DNA from: Octopus vulgaris
Taxonomy: Eukaryota
Direction: 5' to 3'
Length of the DNA: 64,000 nucleotides
Assembly (NCBI GenBank): GCA_951406725.2
Contig: OX597827.1
Span: forward strand, 31,558,001 to 31,622,000
In this document: one piece after another, positions 13,071 through 26,239 of the stretch
Numbering within the stretch: position 1 is the first letter of the stretch
Layout of the letters: every line of letters starts with the position of its first letter
Notes under the pieces: generated by a model
What the model was told of the DNA's origin: nothing
Databases searched by the model: none
What the model saw: only the letters and a program-made list of their open reading frames with translations
Position numbers and translations under genes: made by a program

Positions 13071-14927
13071 CATGCCAACGTCACTAATTCTATCATTGCC
13101 TTAGGTTGATGCTGCTTAGTCTAAGGCCACCTTGATCATGCAGACCTGTGATCAGAGACAGTCCTACCAGGACCTTCAAAATGATGGCAATGAAGAAGAT
13201 ATTGATAGTGACACAGAGAGCCTCTACATAGTCTTTTGCTATGCTAGAAATAGCAACTAAATATTTCCATCAAGTCACATTCTACCCTCTGTAAGACTGA
13301 AGGTCACATTGGATAATGTGGTCCTAGATACATGATGAAAAAGGAGATGAGACGATCAAGATGATGATGATGATGACTGAAGGAACCTCTTCGTAGTCTC
13401 TTGCTTTGCCAGAAATAGTAGCTAAATGTCTCATCAAGTTGCAGTCTACCATCTTTAAAAATGAAGGTTATGTCAGATAATGTAGTCCTAGATGCACAAA
13501 GGAAAATGAGATGAGATGGTCATGGATGGAATGCCTTTCAACACAGACCTGTAGACTCAGAGTTGATCTGAACAGAGCAAATTACAAATAACAACAATAA
13601 CAAGAACATTGGGGTGATGAAGGACAAAGTTGAACCCAACAAATTTTCAACTGAGAATCTAAAAGCCATGGTGAGGAACCCCTTTGGCCTCAGGCAAACT
13701 ATCAACCACGGTCAAAATGAAAAACATCCGGTGACACATAAAAGCACCCATTACACTCTCAGAGTGGTTGGTGTTAGGAAGGGTATCCAGCTGTAGAAAA
13801 CCATGCCAAATCAGACTGGAGTCTGGTGCAGCCTTCCAGCATGCCAGCCTGGTCAAACTATCCAACCCATGCTAGCATGGACAACGGACGTTATCTTTTA
13901 CTTGTTTCAGTCATTGGAATGCGGCCATGCCTTGAAGAACTTTTCATTGACTGAATCGACCCCAGTGCTTGTTTTCATTTTAAAGCTTGGTACTCATTCA
14001 TTCTATTGGTCATTTTTGCTGACTGCTAAGTTATAGGGATGTAAACACACCAACACCAGTTGTCAAGTGACAGACACAAAGACACACACATACACACTCA
14101 CACACACATACATGATAGGCTTCTTACAGTCTCAATCTAACAAATCCACTCACAAAGCTTTGATCAGTTCAAGGCTTACTAAAAGACACTTACCAACCAT
14201 GTGGTTGGGAAGCAAGCTTATAATATATCTATACATATAAATTTGTCATATATATAAATTTCTTGTCTTGAGATTCACAGTCAAATGGCTGGGTGGAATT
14301 GGGCAAAAAATTACACAGATGTGTAGAATGATCCAGTGGTGATGCTGGGCTTTCTATTTTTTTCATAGCTCCCATGGTTACCGAGATAATCTACTATAAT
14401 AATACTCTCATGTTTATGAATGAGAAAGGAAGGGGTGATATCATACTTGGTAGTGGGATGAAAATTGTAGGCCAAAAAAATAATAAATCAAACAGCTTTT
14501 CAACTCTGTGTGAATATATGTGTGTGTATGTAAAAGGGAGATATGTGAATGTGTGTGTATGCGTGTGTGTGTGTGTGTGTGTGTGTTTGTGCCTGTGCAT
14601 GCACAATGGAAGTGGGGTGGTTCATCTTTGTTCGCTTAGTATTTGGATTTATTTTTTTGATTTGGTTGAATCTTGGTTCGTTTTTGTTTCTTTTTTGGTC
14701 AGTCATTTTTAGCGTTTTGACTGAAAAAAATTGTTCTAATATTGTTTTTAATGTAAGCGTGCCCAAACAAGTTGAATGCTTACACAGAGCAGGTTTTACA
14801 CCAACGTCATCCAAACCGACTGAGTGAAACCGGGCTTAGCTGCTAGTGTGTATATATATATATATATATATAGCAATAATAATTCTCTACATATATATAT
14901 ACATACACACATAAATACATTCATACA

Positions 14928-15665
14928 TACAGGAATTGGACAAAATAATACAAACACACTATTTTAACTAATTTATTCTATTGACAATGTGACAAATTTA
15001 AACTTGTTCTTGTCTGTAGATATGTGGTCATATGCATTGTATGCCTCGTACTTTATGATAAAGTCCTCTGTTTTTCCTCTTCATTTTTTTTTTTTTTGGT
15101 GGGGTGGAGAGGGAGTGATATCTATATTCAAATAAGTTAAAATGCGTGACCTATCTGGTTTTGAAAGAGGTCAAATCCCTGGAGTGCAGAGAGCCTAGAG
15201 TTTCGGTCACTAAAACACCTGAATTGTTTAATGTTTCAAAAAGTACAGTCTCTAAAATTGTGTTGGTATTCCAAAACCAAAGTAAAACTAACTCTGGCAG
15301 TCATAAGTCAGGATGGAAGACAAAATTCACAGAAAGGAACCACAAAATGGTGAAATGCTATGTTTTAAAAATCATCAAACTATGACAGCAAAAGGGGGCA
15401 ACACCAATTTGCCAATCCTGTTTCAACCCAAACCATTCCCATAAAGCTGGATATCATGAGAGGGCTGCAATTGCTAATCCTCTCCTGTCCCCCATCGATT
15501 TTGTGTGAAAAAATGGTGTCTAGACTATCAGAAGAGGTCCATGGTTCAACGAAACAATGCCATCTTCTTTGATGAATCATCATTCACCCTTTTTCTCTAC
15601 TTCAGGCAAGTTTATGTCTGGAGATGTCTCAAATAAACCATCAACTCTGACTACTTGGCGGCCCC
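14928..15665 (+). mobile_element. Degenerate Tc1-like transposon, left end plus N-terminal transposase
   Basis: TA|CAGGAATTGGACAAAATAAT TIR-like start; translates to DLSGFERGQI...VSVTKTPELFNVSKSTVSKI (paired HTH) and IFFDESSF (first catalytic D). Confidence 0.7.
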
Positions 15666-15689
15666 TACAGGTCTCCAATCCTTTTTATA

Positions 15690-16440
15690 CAGACTTATCT
15701 CACTCACTTTCTCTCTCTCTCACCATCCACCTATTGAAAGATAAACTCATCTGCAACTTTTGAATTCTACTTTCTGACCCCACAACCATTCTAATTTTCC
15801 TTGCACCTCTCCCTCCTCACCTTCAAAATAGATAAGAACCTCAGAAACCTCCTAATAAGAAGCTCCATAGTGCTCAGCCCCACACAGCCAGACACTTTTA
15901 AACCCATTTTCCAATGATGCAACAACTGCCCTTATATTAACAACACTACAACCCTCGCCTGGCCTAAGTCACAATGTCCCACTGCACATCACCCAGCCTT
16001 ATGTAATGTATCATTTGCTAACTTTACAGCACTCTCCATATTGGGAAAACAGGTTGATGCCTTGCCAAATGCTTTTAGGAGAAACATTCAAAGCATACAA
16101 CTGTGTCTGCCAGGCAAAGCCGTCACCACCCACTTCAATACAACAGGCCATTCCATTGCTCAATCACCAGTGGCTGGCATCTCCATACACCACAGACCCA
16201 CATGCTCAAGAAATCAGAGAGAACAATGTTTCAGATTTAAACTTGCCATCATATTACCAATAAGTTTAAATGAACATTTTGTCCTTCTAGTCCTCCACCT
16301 CAACTTAATTCAATAACCTTTCACACCCCTTCTTACCTCATCTTTCCCCTTTCACCTCACACTCGATACCACACACTTTCCTTCCTCATTTCATCCCTCT
16401 TTCTTCTTACCTCTTTCCTCAACTTTCTCAGTCTTGCCAT
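15690..16440 (+). mobile_element. Old Neptune-type PLE remnant (GIY-YIG region + pyrimidine-rich tail)
   Basis: LHIGKTG*CLAKCF...AVTTHFNTTGHSIAQ..VAGIS aligns by eye to LYIGQTGRRLADRF...PVSRHFHSIGHSLQDLSVFGLS of the 56-59 kb element. Confidence 0.7.
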
Positions 16441-16445
16441 TCTAA

Positions 16446-16908
16446 CCCTTTACCCTGCAAAGACGAGTTAACTTGTCTTCACCTAATTTGTCTTTTTCAG
16501 AGTGCAACAAGTAAACTTGTCCAAAACAATATAGTTCAAAAACAGCCACAGACGACCTTATACATCAATTCTTAGCATTTCTCAGGTTTTTTTTTGGTTT
16601 TTTTTTTACAAATTCCGCCCAGATGTTGAGCTCAGAAGTTGACAATGAGTATGAACCTTTTATTAGAAATTTAAACATATCAGACGAGAGTGCAAGCTCG
16701 TCTGATAAAACAAATTTGCCTGAAAATGAAATGTTTTCTCAAAAAAAAGTCGCTGGGGGAGGAATTAAATTATTGGCAGTAGAAGGCAAGTATGGAGGCA
16801 GGCGTAGATGCAATGGAATAATTTTTAAAAAAAATTTTATGAAGATCAAAAGCAGTTTGTTCATTTGAAACACGCAGTCGGCTGCATGACCCTGCAAAAA
16901 GTAATGGG
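16446..16908 (+). mobile_element. Possible degenerate piggyBac-type deletion derivative
   Basis: ctaa|CCCTTTAC...GTAATGGG|ttga termini and an acidic Ser-rich N-terminal-like ORF; interrupts the PLE tail. Confidence 0.4.
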
Positions 16909-18180
16909 TTGAGCCTCTCCTTCCTACCTTAACTATTCTTGTCTTTCCACTCTTGATTAATGCAGAAACAAAACAAATACATGCATGACTCCATGCTTTT
17001 CTGCAACAATAAATCTTTCCTTAAAATTCTTCAAAATTATTGAGAAAAGCCGAAAACATTTAGAAAAGTAAAAAAGTTGGTCTCTGAAGACATTTTGTAA
17101 CATTTTGGCTGTTTACATAAATACCAATCAAGACATTTTAGATTTATTCTGTCTGTTTATTTGAGCAAATGAAAAGAATTGCAATAAAATTTTATCCCCA
17201 CATCATTCTGTGGTTATTGCTTAACTCCATGTCAGAATTTTCCAACAGACCATTCCAGCATTTTCTGCCATCATAGCGTATGTGTTTTAAGAGCATCCAG
17301 CTGTAGAAAACCATGCCAAATCAAATTGGATCCTGGCACAGTCTTCCAGTGTGCCAGTCCAGTCAAAATGTCTGACCCATACCAGCATGGACAATGGACA
17401 TTAAATGATGATGATGATGATGATGATGATGGTGATGGTGATAATGATGATGATGATGATGTATTCTTTTCATTCAGATCCCTCTGGGATTAACTTTATC
17501 TTACATCCCTGGTCCGAAAGAAACAAATAAACTGTACTGGCACAGTTGGTTACAACAACAAGAATCCCAGTTGATCCTATAAATGGAAAAGCCTTCTCAT
17601 AAAATTAACATGCAAGTGGCTGAGTACTCCACAGACACACATATCCTTAACGTTGTTCTCAGGGAGATTAGCCATGATATGAAATGTGACAAGGCTGGCC
17701 CTTTGAATTACAGGCACCACACATTTTTGCCAGCTGAAGGGGTCTGCAGCAACGTGAAACAAAGTGTCTTGCTCAAGGACACACCACACCACCAGGAACT
17801 GAACTCATAACCTTACGATCATGAGCCAAACACTCTAACCACGAAGTCACATGCCTTCACAGAGACAGATATTTATAAAACAATAAGTTTTCACTAAATC
17901 AATGTTACTACATCACAGCTACATCACTTGACCTTGTTTGTTTCAACAAATCAATACGTTTCTCAAACTAAACACCAGCAGACGGCTGAAGTTTGAGATG
18001 ATCCATGAGAGTTAATTAACTTACTATGTACTATTTATTAGACTGATGCAAACAACAAACTATTTTGCACATACAAAACATGAGACCTGGCTTTCAGTCA
18101 GTCTCTCTTGCTACTATCATCATCATTATTAATAGTCCACCTCATCCTTCGCCCTTGTGGCAAATAAATGAAATCATTAC

Positions 18181-18229
<49 letters not shown>

Positions 18230-18233
<4 letters not shown>

Positions 18234-19161
18234 GTTTGACTTTTGCTTTACATTTGTACAAGTTGGCTCTCCAAGTCTCACCCAGAGACCTCAAGAGACA
18301 ACAATTTGGAAGTTCATGTTGGTGTTATGCCCAGGGTGCCATAAATTTGGTTTTGTACATAGAATTGTTCTAGAAAATATTTAAGAAAACATAAGAAAAT
18401 CATAAGTTTGTTTTAAAATTTGAGGTTACATAGAAAGTATTTTGCAGAGGATATGGACAGTTCCCACGAGCACTATCTTTTGAATTTCTGCCATTTAGGG
18501 GTTTCCTGGTATCAGAGTTAGGTAGCATCAGCCCCTTTTGCTATCATTCCTAGGACACCTATAACAACAGGTATAGTTTTAGTTTTCAGGTTCCACCATT
18601 TGCCAATTTCTATTTCAAGATCTTTATACTTGCTCAGGTTTTGGTAGGTCTTGACAGATACGTTTATATCGATTGGGACAGTCATATCAATGAAGAGGCA
18701 TGTTTTTTGTCTGAAGTCTTTCAATATGATGTCTGTCCTATCTGCATCTATCTTTCTGTCAGTTTGAATGGTGAAGTTCCAGAGGAGTGAGATGTTGCCA
18801 TTTTCAAGCACTGAGGTGGTTTGTGTTCCCACCAGTTTTTTTCATGTGGCAAATCCAGGTTCTTGCAGATTACCCAGTGAATATATTGTGCAGCTCTATC
18901 ATGCTTGTTGAGATATTCTGTAAGCGCTAGAAGACTGCACTTGGAGACAACATGACATATATGACATGTTGGGCTACTGCCATTCTTTAATATGTTGGCC
19001 TGGTAGTTCCTTGTAAGTAGGCATTGATCTTGGGCTACTATGATAAACCCTTCTGTTTCAGATTTTAAGCCAGAGGCCATTAACCATTGATGGGTAAGGG
19101 CTTTGTCAACATTGGCATTATTTGCTCTCTTTGGGTAATTGCCATAGAGAAGTTTTTCTTG

Positions 19162-19163
<2 letters not shown>
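18230..19163 (-). mobile_element. 5'-truncated R4/Dong-like LINE (zinc knuckle + RLE + 3' UTR)
   Basis: LKSETEGFIIVAQDQ..TRNY, CHIC..HVVSKC, HDRAA..IHW, LWNF..TDRKI...KYKDL; same family as 953-1509; bounded by (ATT)n. Confidence 0.9.
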
Positions 19164-19211
<48 letters not shown>

Positions 19212-19212
<1 letters not shown>

Positions 19213-19688
19213 TATGTTTGACTTTTGCTTTATATTTGTACAGGTTGGCTCCAAGTCTCACCCAGAGACCTCAAGAGACAACAGATCGGAAGTTTGTGAT
19301 GTTGTTATGCCTAGTGTGCCATATATTTGGTTTTGTATTTAATGTTGTACTAGTGAATGTCTTGTATGTCTAATTCACTTATATATTCCTTTGCCTGTTT
19401 TGTTACTGAGTATAATGCTTTCTTGTTTTCATGTTTTGAGAGAACTTTTAACATCCAGTCCTCAGAGTTTTTCAGGTAGGTGTCTAGGCCAATTGTAGCA
19501 ATCTTCATTGTTATTGCTAGTTGTAAAAGTCCACAGCCTCCCTCTTTTCTTGGTAGATAAAGTCGTTCTATATCTGCCTTAGGGAGGTGCATTCTATGCA
19601 TTGTCAACAGTTTTCGTATTTTTCAGTCAAGATTACATATTTCAGTAATTGACCAGTTATTGATATTGAAACTGTAAGTACGACTGGT
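19212..19688 (-). mobile_element. Internally deleted R4/Dong-like LINE (RT thumb fused to 3' UTR)
   Basis: MHLPKADIERLYLPRKEGGCGL motif joined directly to the family 3' UTR; (ATT)n on both sides. Confidence 0.85.
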
Positions 19689-20516
19689 ATATTATTATTA
19701 TTATTATCATTATTATTATTATCATCATTACTATTATTATCCAGTAGACTTATTTTTATCACAGGTTTTCACTACCAAGCACAGCTCTGTCTGCTTTGGG
19801 TGTGTGCTGTGGTTTGTTGTGGTACCCCTATTTTTCACTGTATTGAAAGTGCTTCATGTAGGATGTGTGTGATGCCTCACAGTGCTGGACGTCATCGTCG
19901 TCATCATCATCATCATCATCATTATTATTTAAGGTGGCGAACTGATAGAAACATTACCAGGCAAAACGCTTAGCAGTATTTTGTCTGTCTGTATGTTCTG
20001 TGTTCAAATTCCACCAAGGTCAACTTTGCCATTCATCCTTTTGGAGTCAATAAATTAAGTTCCAGCAGAGTACTGAGGTCAATGTAATCAACTAGTCCTC
20101 TCCCCACCAAATTTCAGGCCTGGTGCTTATAGTAGAAAGGATTATTATTTTCATTATTATTATTTCGAGCTTTTATTATGTATATATGTACATATGCATA
20201 CACATAGATAACACACATACATATACATTTATAAATGTATAAATACAAATACATACATATATATATATATACACACACATTTATTTGCATATATATATAT
20301 ATATATATGTAAAAAGCATGGTCATTGCCAGTGCCACCTGACTAGCTCCCGTACCAGTTGCACGTAAAAAGCACCCACTACACTCTCAGAGTGGTTGGTG
20401 TTAGGAAGGGCATCCATCTGTAGAAACCTTTCAATGTGTGTGTGTGTGCTTATGCATGCATGTATGTATGCATGTATGTATGTAAGTATGCATGTGTGTG
20501 TATGTATGTGTGTGTA

Positions 20517-20563
<47 letters not shown>

Positions 20564-20774
20564 TGAAATAGAAAGATGAATAATCTTGTTGCAGATTAAT
20601 CAAAAGTTTAACCGATTTCTTGGTAGCAAAAATCACAGCAGAAGACAGCACGGTTGGAGGTACAACCATATGGTGTTGCAACCATGCGTTGGTGCGGATA
20701 ATTGAATTTTAATATTATTAGTGAATTGAAGAAATGGAGTTGAACGAAGATTGAACAGAAATTGTTTTATTGCA

Positions 20775-20854
20775 TTCTACACGTGTTTCGAAAGCCACAA
20801 TTTACCAAATTCCGATTGAATAAGGAGACCATATTGTGTCTTTCTCTTCAGGAA
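20775..20854 (-). ncRNA. Type-I hammerhead ribozyme with long stem II, copy 1
   Basis: Minus strand ttc-CTGAAGA-GAAAG...CTTTC-GAAAC-ACGT-GT-A-gaa, then gcAATAAA; part of a 231-bp unit repeated 850 bp downstream. Confidence 0.75.
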
Positions 20855-21039
20855 GAAATAGGAAATCCATTGGCAAAAACAAAAACAGAACAGAGGCGCA
20901 GCAAAACAAATCGAACGAGGCTCCTAAGAGCCCATGGCCAAACCAAGGCACATTATAAGGCACATGTAGGATGTGTGTGATGCCTCACAGTGCTGGATGT
21001 CATCGTCGTCATCATCATCATCATCATCATCATCCTACA

Positions 21040-21529
21040 TGTGCCTTATAATGTAACACACTCACCAGTAAAATTTCCAATTATTCCTTATTTTTATTTT
21101 CCTAAAATTTTCGTTGTGTCTTGCAACCTTTTCAATAGTCTTGACTCTGTCCGTTATTTACATTGCGTTCCCTTTTTGTTTGTTTGTGTGCATCTGTAAG
21201 TATATATTCATGTGCTTTCGTGTCCGTGTGTTTTTATGTATGTATGTGTGTGTGTGTGTGTTTATATATGTATGCATCCCTGTCTCCTTGTGTATGCATG
21301 TCTGAGTGTGTGTGTGTGGGTGAGTGGATGTAGGTATGTATGTGTATATGCACTTATATGCGAGCATATGGATATGAAAATAACCAAATCAACATACAGA
21401 CGGATAGGTACATAGGTTATATGAACAGACAGAGGTTCATACATATATAAACACACACACATACATAAAAAACACACAAACATGAGCATGCAAGCACATG
21501 AATATACAGATGCACACACATACATACAT

Positions 21530-21569
<40 letters not shown>

Positions 21570-21881
21570 AGTGAATTGAAGAAATGGAGTTGAACGAAGA
21601 TTGAACAGAAATCGTTTTATTGCATTCTACACGTGTTTCGAAAGCCACAATTTACCAAATTCCGATTGAATAAGGAGACCATATTGTGTCTTTCTCTTCA
21701 GGAAGAAATAGGAAATCCGTTAGCAAAAACAAAAACAGAACAGAGGCGCAGCAAAACAAATCGAACGAGGCTCCTAAGAGCCCATGGCCAAACCAAGAGT
21801 TTGTGGCTTTCGAAACACGTGTAGAATGCAATAAAACGATTTCTGTTCAATCTTCGTTCAACTCCATTTCTTCAATTCACT

Positions 21882-21925
<44 letters not shown>

Positions 21926-22403
21926 GTGTGTGCATCTGTATATTCATGTGCTTGCATGCTCATGTTTATGTGTTTTTTATGTATGTGTGTGTGTTTATAT
22001 ATGTATGAACCTCTGTCTGTTCATATAACCTATGTACCTATCCGTCTGTATGTTGCTTTGGTTATTTCCATATCCATATGCTCGCATATAAGTGCATATA
22101 CACATACATACCTACATCCACTCACCCACACACACACACTCAGACATGCATACACAAGGAGACAGGGATGCATACATATATAAACACACACACACACATA
22201 CATACATAAAAACACACGGACACGAAAGCACATGAATATATACATACAGATGCACACAAACAAACAAAAAGGGAACGCAATGTAAATAACGGACAGAGTC
22301 AAGACTATTGAAAAGGTTGCAAGACACAACGAAAATTTTAGGAAAATAAAAATAAGGAATAATTGGAAATTTTACCGGTGAGTGTGTTACATTATAAGGC
22401 ACA
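21040..22403. repeat. Large near-perfect inverted duplication (arms 21040-21650 and 21801-22403)
   Basis: Arms are reverse complements with only a few differences; mirrored ORFs appear in the six-frame track. Confidence 0.92.
21625..21704 (-). ncRNA. Type-I hammerhead ribozyme with long stem II, copy 2 (its 3' half recurs inverted from 21801)
   Basis: Identical to 20775-20854. Confidence 0.75.
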
Positions 22404-23596
22404 AAAAGAAAATGACTCTCCCCAGACACAACAGAATATGCTTCAACATACAAACTCACATAAAGAATCTTGCAAACCAAATCCCAAAACAAAATATATC
22501 ATCATTATCATCATTTTTCAACATCCATTTTCCATTCTGGCTTGGGTTGGACAGATTGACAGGTGTTGGCAAGCCAGGGGGTTGCACCTAGCTCCAGTAA
22601 CCTGTTTTGTAATGGTTCTATGGCTGGATGCCTTTCCTAACTTTATAGAGAGCACTGGGTACTTTTTTACAAGGTACCAGCATTAGTACTTGTTACCCCC
22701 CCCACACACACACACACACAGTGAGTTTCTTTTTGTTTCTGTTCACCAGATCCCCTCCTCCCATCACAAGGTGGCCAGCTGGCAGAATCGTTAGGATGGT
22801 GGGGAAAATGCTTAGCGGCATTTAGTTTGTCTGTACGTTCTGAGTTCAAATCCGGCCAAAGTCAACTTAGCCATTCATCCTTTTGGGGTCAATAAATTAA
22901 ATACCAGCTGTGTACTGGGGTCGATCTAATCGACTGGCCCCCTTCGCCAAAATTTCAGGCCTTGTGCCTATAATAGAAGGAAAGGATATGCTCAGCCCAG
23001 AGCTACAGAAGTAGACACGTACCCAAAGGGGTGCGCTGTGGAACTGAACCCAAAACCATGTGCTTCAGAAGCAGGCTTCTCAACTGCACATCCATAATTT
23101 ACTTGTGCTTATATGTGTGTGCGTATGTGTGTGTGTGTGCATGTGATTATGTGTGTGCTTGTGCATCTTTGTGTTTGTGTCAGTATCTCCACACCCATTG
23201 CTTGCCAACCAGTATTTGTTCATTTACATCCCCGTGACCTATCAGTTCAGCAAAGGAGACAGATGTAAATAAGTACCAGATTAAAAGTATAAGGATTGAG
23301 GGACAGGCGATTCATCTGACTAACCCTACAAAGCAGTGCTCCAGCATGGCCACAGTCAAATGACTGAAACAAGCAGAAGAGTGAACGAGTATGTGATAAG
23401 CAGCTGCTCCAAAAATTCCCTTGGAATTCTAAACAATCACTTTGCTAAAACAATATACAATAACACCATTTCTAGTTAGGATTGTCTTGAAACACACACA
23501 CACACACACACACACATACACACACACACACACATATATAAATACATATGTGTCTGAGTATATATACATGTATGTATGTATGTATGTATGTATGTA

Positions 23597-23643
<47 letters not shown>

Positions 23644-23675
23644 CTATAAATATATATATATGCATGCATATATAT

Positions 23676-24258
23676 CGTGACGCATATTTGCCATTTGAAT
23701 ATGGCTAACCCCTAAGGGTGGATGCTACTGTAGTTTGTAGCCCCAGGAAGATATCTCCTCCAGCTGGCTATAGACACACTATCTGTGTCCTCTCAGTATT
23801 TGTGAAGGGGAGTCATCCTCCCCGTCTTCAACTCATGATACAAATGGCAAATATGCGTCACGATGTGTTACCGCTACTGTTTATAACTTGCTCTGTGATT
23901 TATCATTGTTTGATTTCACTTTTTCAATATCAGTGTCAATCGACACTGGAAAAAGTATATGTATTTGTGAAGGGATCTGACTTCACGTCGACAACCATGA
24001 TTGTCACACGCTGATGAAAGGTAAACACCTTGAAACTCGGGTCCGTGTGTATCATGAGTTGAAGACGGGGAGGATGACTCCCCTTCACAAATACTGAGAG
24101 GACACAGATAGTGTGTCTATAGCCAGCTGGAGGAGATATCTTCCTGGGGCTACAAACTACAGTAGCATCCACCCTTAGGGGTTAGCCATATTCAAATGGC
24201 AAATATGCGTCACGATGTGTTACCACTACTGTTTATAACTCGCTCTGAAATTTATCAT
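23676..24258 (+). mobile_element. Non-coding HHR element: inverted arm + terminally redundant 352-nt unit, inserted in (TA)n
   Basis: 23676-23841 is the reverse complement of about 24048-24213; 23841-23907 repeats directly at 24193-24258. Confidence 0.85.
24005..24049 (+). ncRNA. Canonical type-I hammerhead ribozyme
   Basis: cacacg-CTGATGA-AAGGT aaac ACCTT-GAAAC-TCGG-GTC-cgtgtg: 6-bp stem I, 5-bp stem II, GUC cleavage triplet. Confidence 0.88.
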
Positions 24259-24385
24259 TATATATATGTATATATATATATATATATGTATATACATATA
24301 TATACACACATATATATATATATGTAAATATATATATATAAATACATATGTGTGTGTGTATATATACATGTATGTATGTATATAT

Positions 24386-24446
<61 letters not shown>

Positions 24447-24483
24447 GATGTATTTGTTTCAAGACAATCCTAAATATACATAT

Positions 24484-24540
<57 letters not shown>

Positions 24541-25029
24541 CACACACACACACACACACAAAGGAAATACTACACCAGATATTGAGTACATTGAGTTCAC
24601 CTCATATCTACAGACTATTGGAGCTATTCTCTGAAACCTACATTAAATCTAAACAACATGCCTCTCACAGTTGTCTGGAATATTTACAGAAGACTACTTC
24701 AAAACATAACAGTTTACCTTCACAAGATCATATGTTTAAAATTCTATGTATACCTAGGAGTACATTGGGTTATGTTTCAAAATGTTTGAGTAATATTCTA
24801 GGAAAGTTAGGTGGTTTTAGATTAAACTGAAAACAAACTAAAAACAACTACCTAACACACATTCTGCAAATTTAATCATTACAAAGGATGGCAGCTACAA
24901 AAATATTTTTCTTTAATTCAGTACATAACTCCTTACATACAGGAACAAAATTTGCTTAGTGAAGTGCAAATCCAGGTCCCAAATTTTTTGCAAATCCCCC
25001 TCCTCCTCATCATCCCCACCACCACCACA

Positions 25030-25520
25030 ACTATCGTTTAATGTCTGATTTCTCTGCTGGCATAGGTTGGACAGTTTGACTGAGGACTGGCAAGCCAAGA
25101 GGCCACACCAGGCTCCAATCTATTCTGGCAAGGTTTCTACAGCTGGGTGCCCTTCTTAACACCAACCACTCCGAGTGTAATGGGTGCTTTTTACGTGCCA
25201 CCAGCCTGGGAGCCAGTCAGGTAGCACTGGCATTGACCACACTCAAACGGTGCTTTTTATGTGCCACCGGCATGGGAGCCAGTCTGGCAGCACTGGCATC
25301 GACCACACTTGAATGGTGCTTTTTACGTGCCACTGGCACAGGAGCCAGTCTGGCAGCACTGGCATCGACCACACTTGAATGGTGCTTTTTACGTGCCACT
25401 GGCACAGGAGCCAGTCATGTGGAACTTTCATCAAACATATTCGAATGATGCTTTTTATGTGCCACTGGCACTGGAGCCAGTCAGGCGGAGCTACTGGCAT
25501 CGATCATGTTCAGATGTATT
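25030..25520 (-). mobile_element. RTE 3'-UTR-derived element with ~65-bp internal tandem modules; related copies at about 7460-7850, 10712-10975, 13730-13890, 20320-20425, 27005-27410, 32045-32390, 39090-39600, 61228-61680, 63712-63898
   Basis: Shares ggcgttaggaagggcatccagctgtagaaa...gacgttaaa(tga)n with the 3' UTR following the RTE ORF at 51860-52270. Confidence 0.8.
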
Positions 25521-26174
25521 TGTGCCTCCTAAACCTTGTCTATAAAAAAACTCGTAAAATTGTTGCAGGGATGCTCATGACCCCTGCACCCTATTACAAT
25601 CATTTGCTCTAACTCTGTACAGTTGTTGAGATTTATATTTGAATGACAGGCCCTTGCTTTTTGTTAAAGAACAAGACATATTTCACTCCCTAATAACCCC
25701 TTCCGCTCTTTTTCAGGCAAGGTGAACAAGGTTTAGTAAAAACGTGTAGTTTAGTGGTTAGAGTATTTGGCTCACTATCATAAGTTCAACTTCTAGCAGT
25801 GTGTTAAATCCTTGAGCAAGACATTTTATTACACATTGCCTCAGTTCACTCAACTGTATTTCAAAAAGTTAGCTTTATTACATTCTGTGTCACACTGAAT
25901 CTTCCAAAGAACAACGTTAAGGAGATGCATGCCACTTGCATTTTTCATTTTTTTTTTACTTGTCTCAGTCATTTGACTGTGGCCATGCTGGAGCATCACC
26001 TTAAAGGGTATTAGTTGAAGAAATCGACCACAAGACTTATTCTTTGTAAGTCTAATACATATTCTATCAGTCTCTTTTGTCAAACAACTATGTTATGAGG
26101 ACATAAACACACCAGCATTGGTTGTCAAGCAATAGCAGGGGGACAAACACAGACATGCACACATATACACACAA

Positions 26175-26239
<65 letters not shown>

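Noticed and set aside
24100-24152. Double-hairpin motif as an HDV-like or twister ribozyme
   Set aside because: Could not build P2/P1.1 pseudoknots or twister core residues consistently across the three families; kept as an unknown motif
23429-24634. YI/HT/CV-rich ORFs here and throughout the window
   Set aside because: Translations of (TA)n, (CA)n and (TACA)n microsatellites
25195-25500. CRISPR-like array (palindromic repeat with intervening sequence; ggtgcttttt resembles a tracrRNA end)
   Set aside because: Intervening sequences are homologous to each other, the array lies in an RTE 3' UTR, the context is eukaryotic and there are no cas genes
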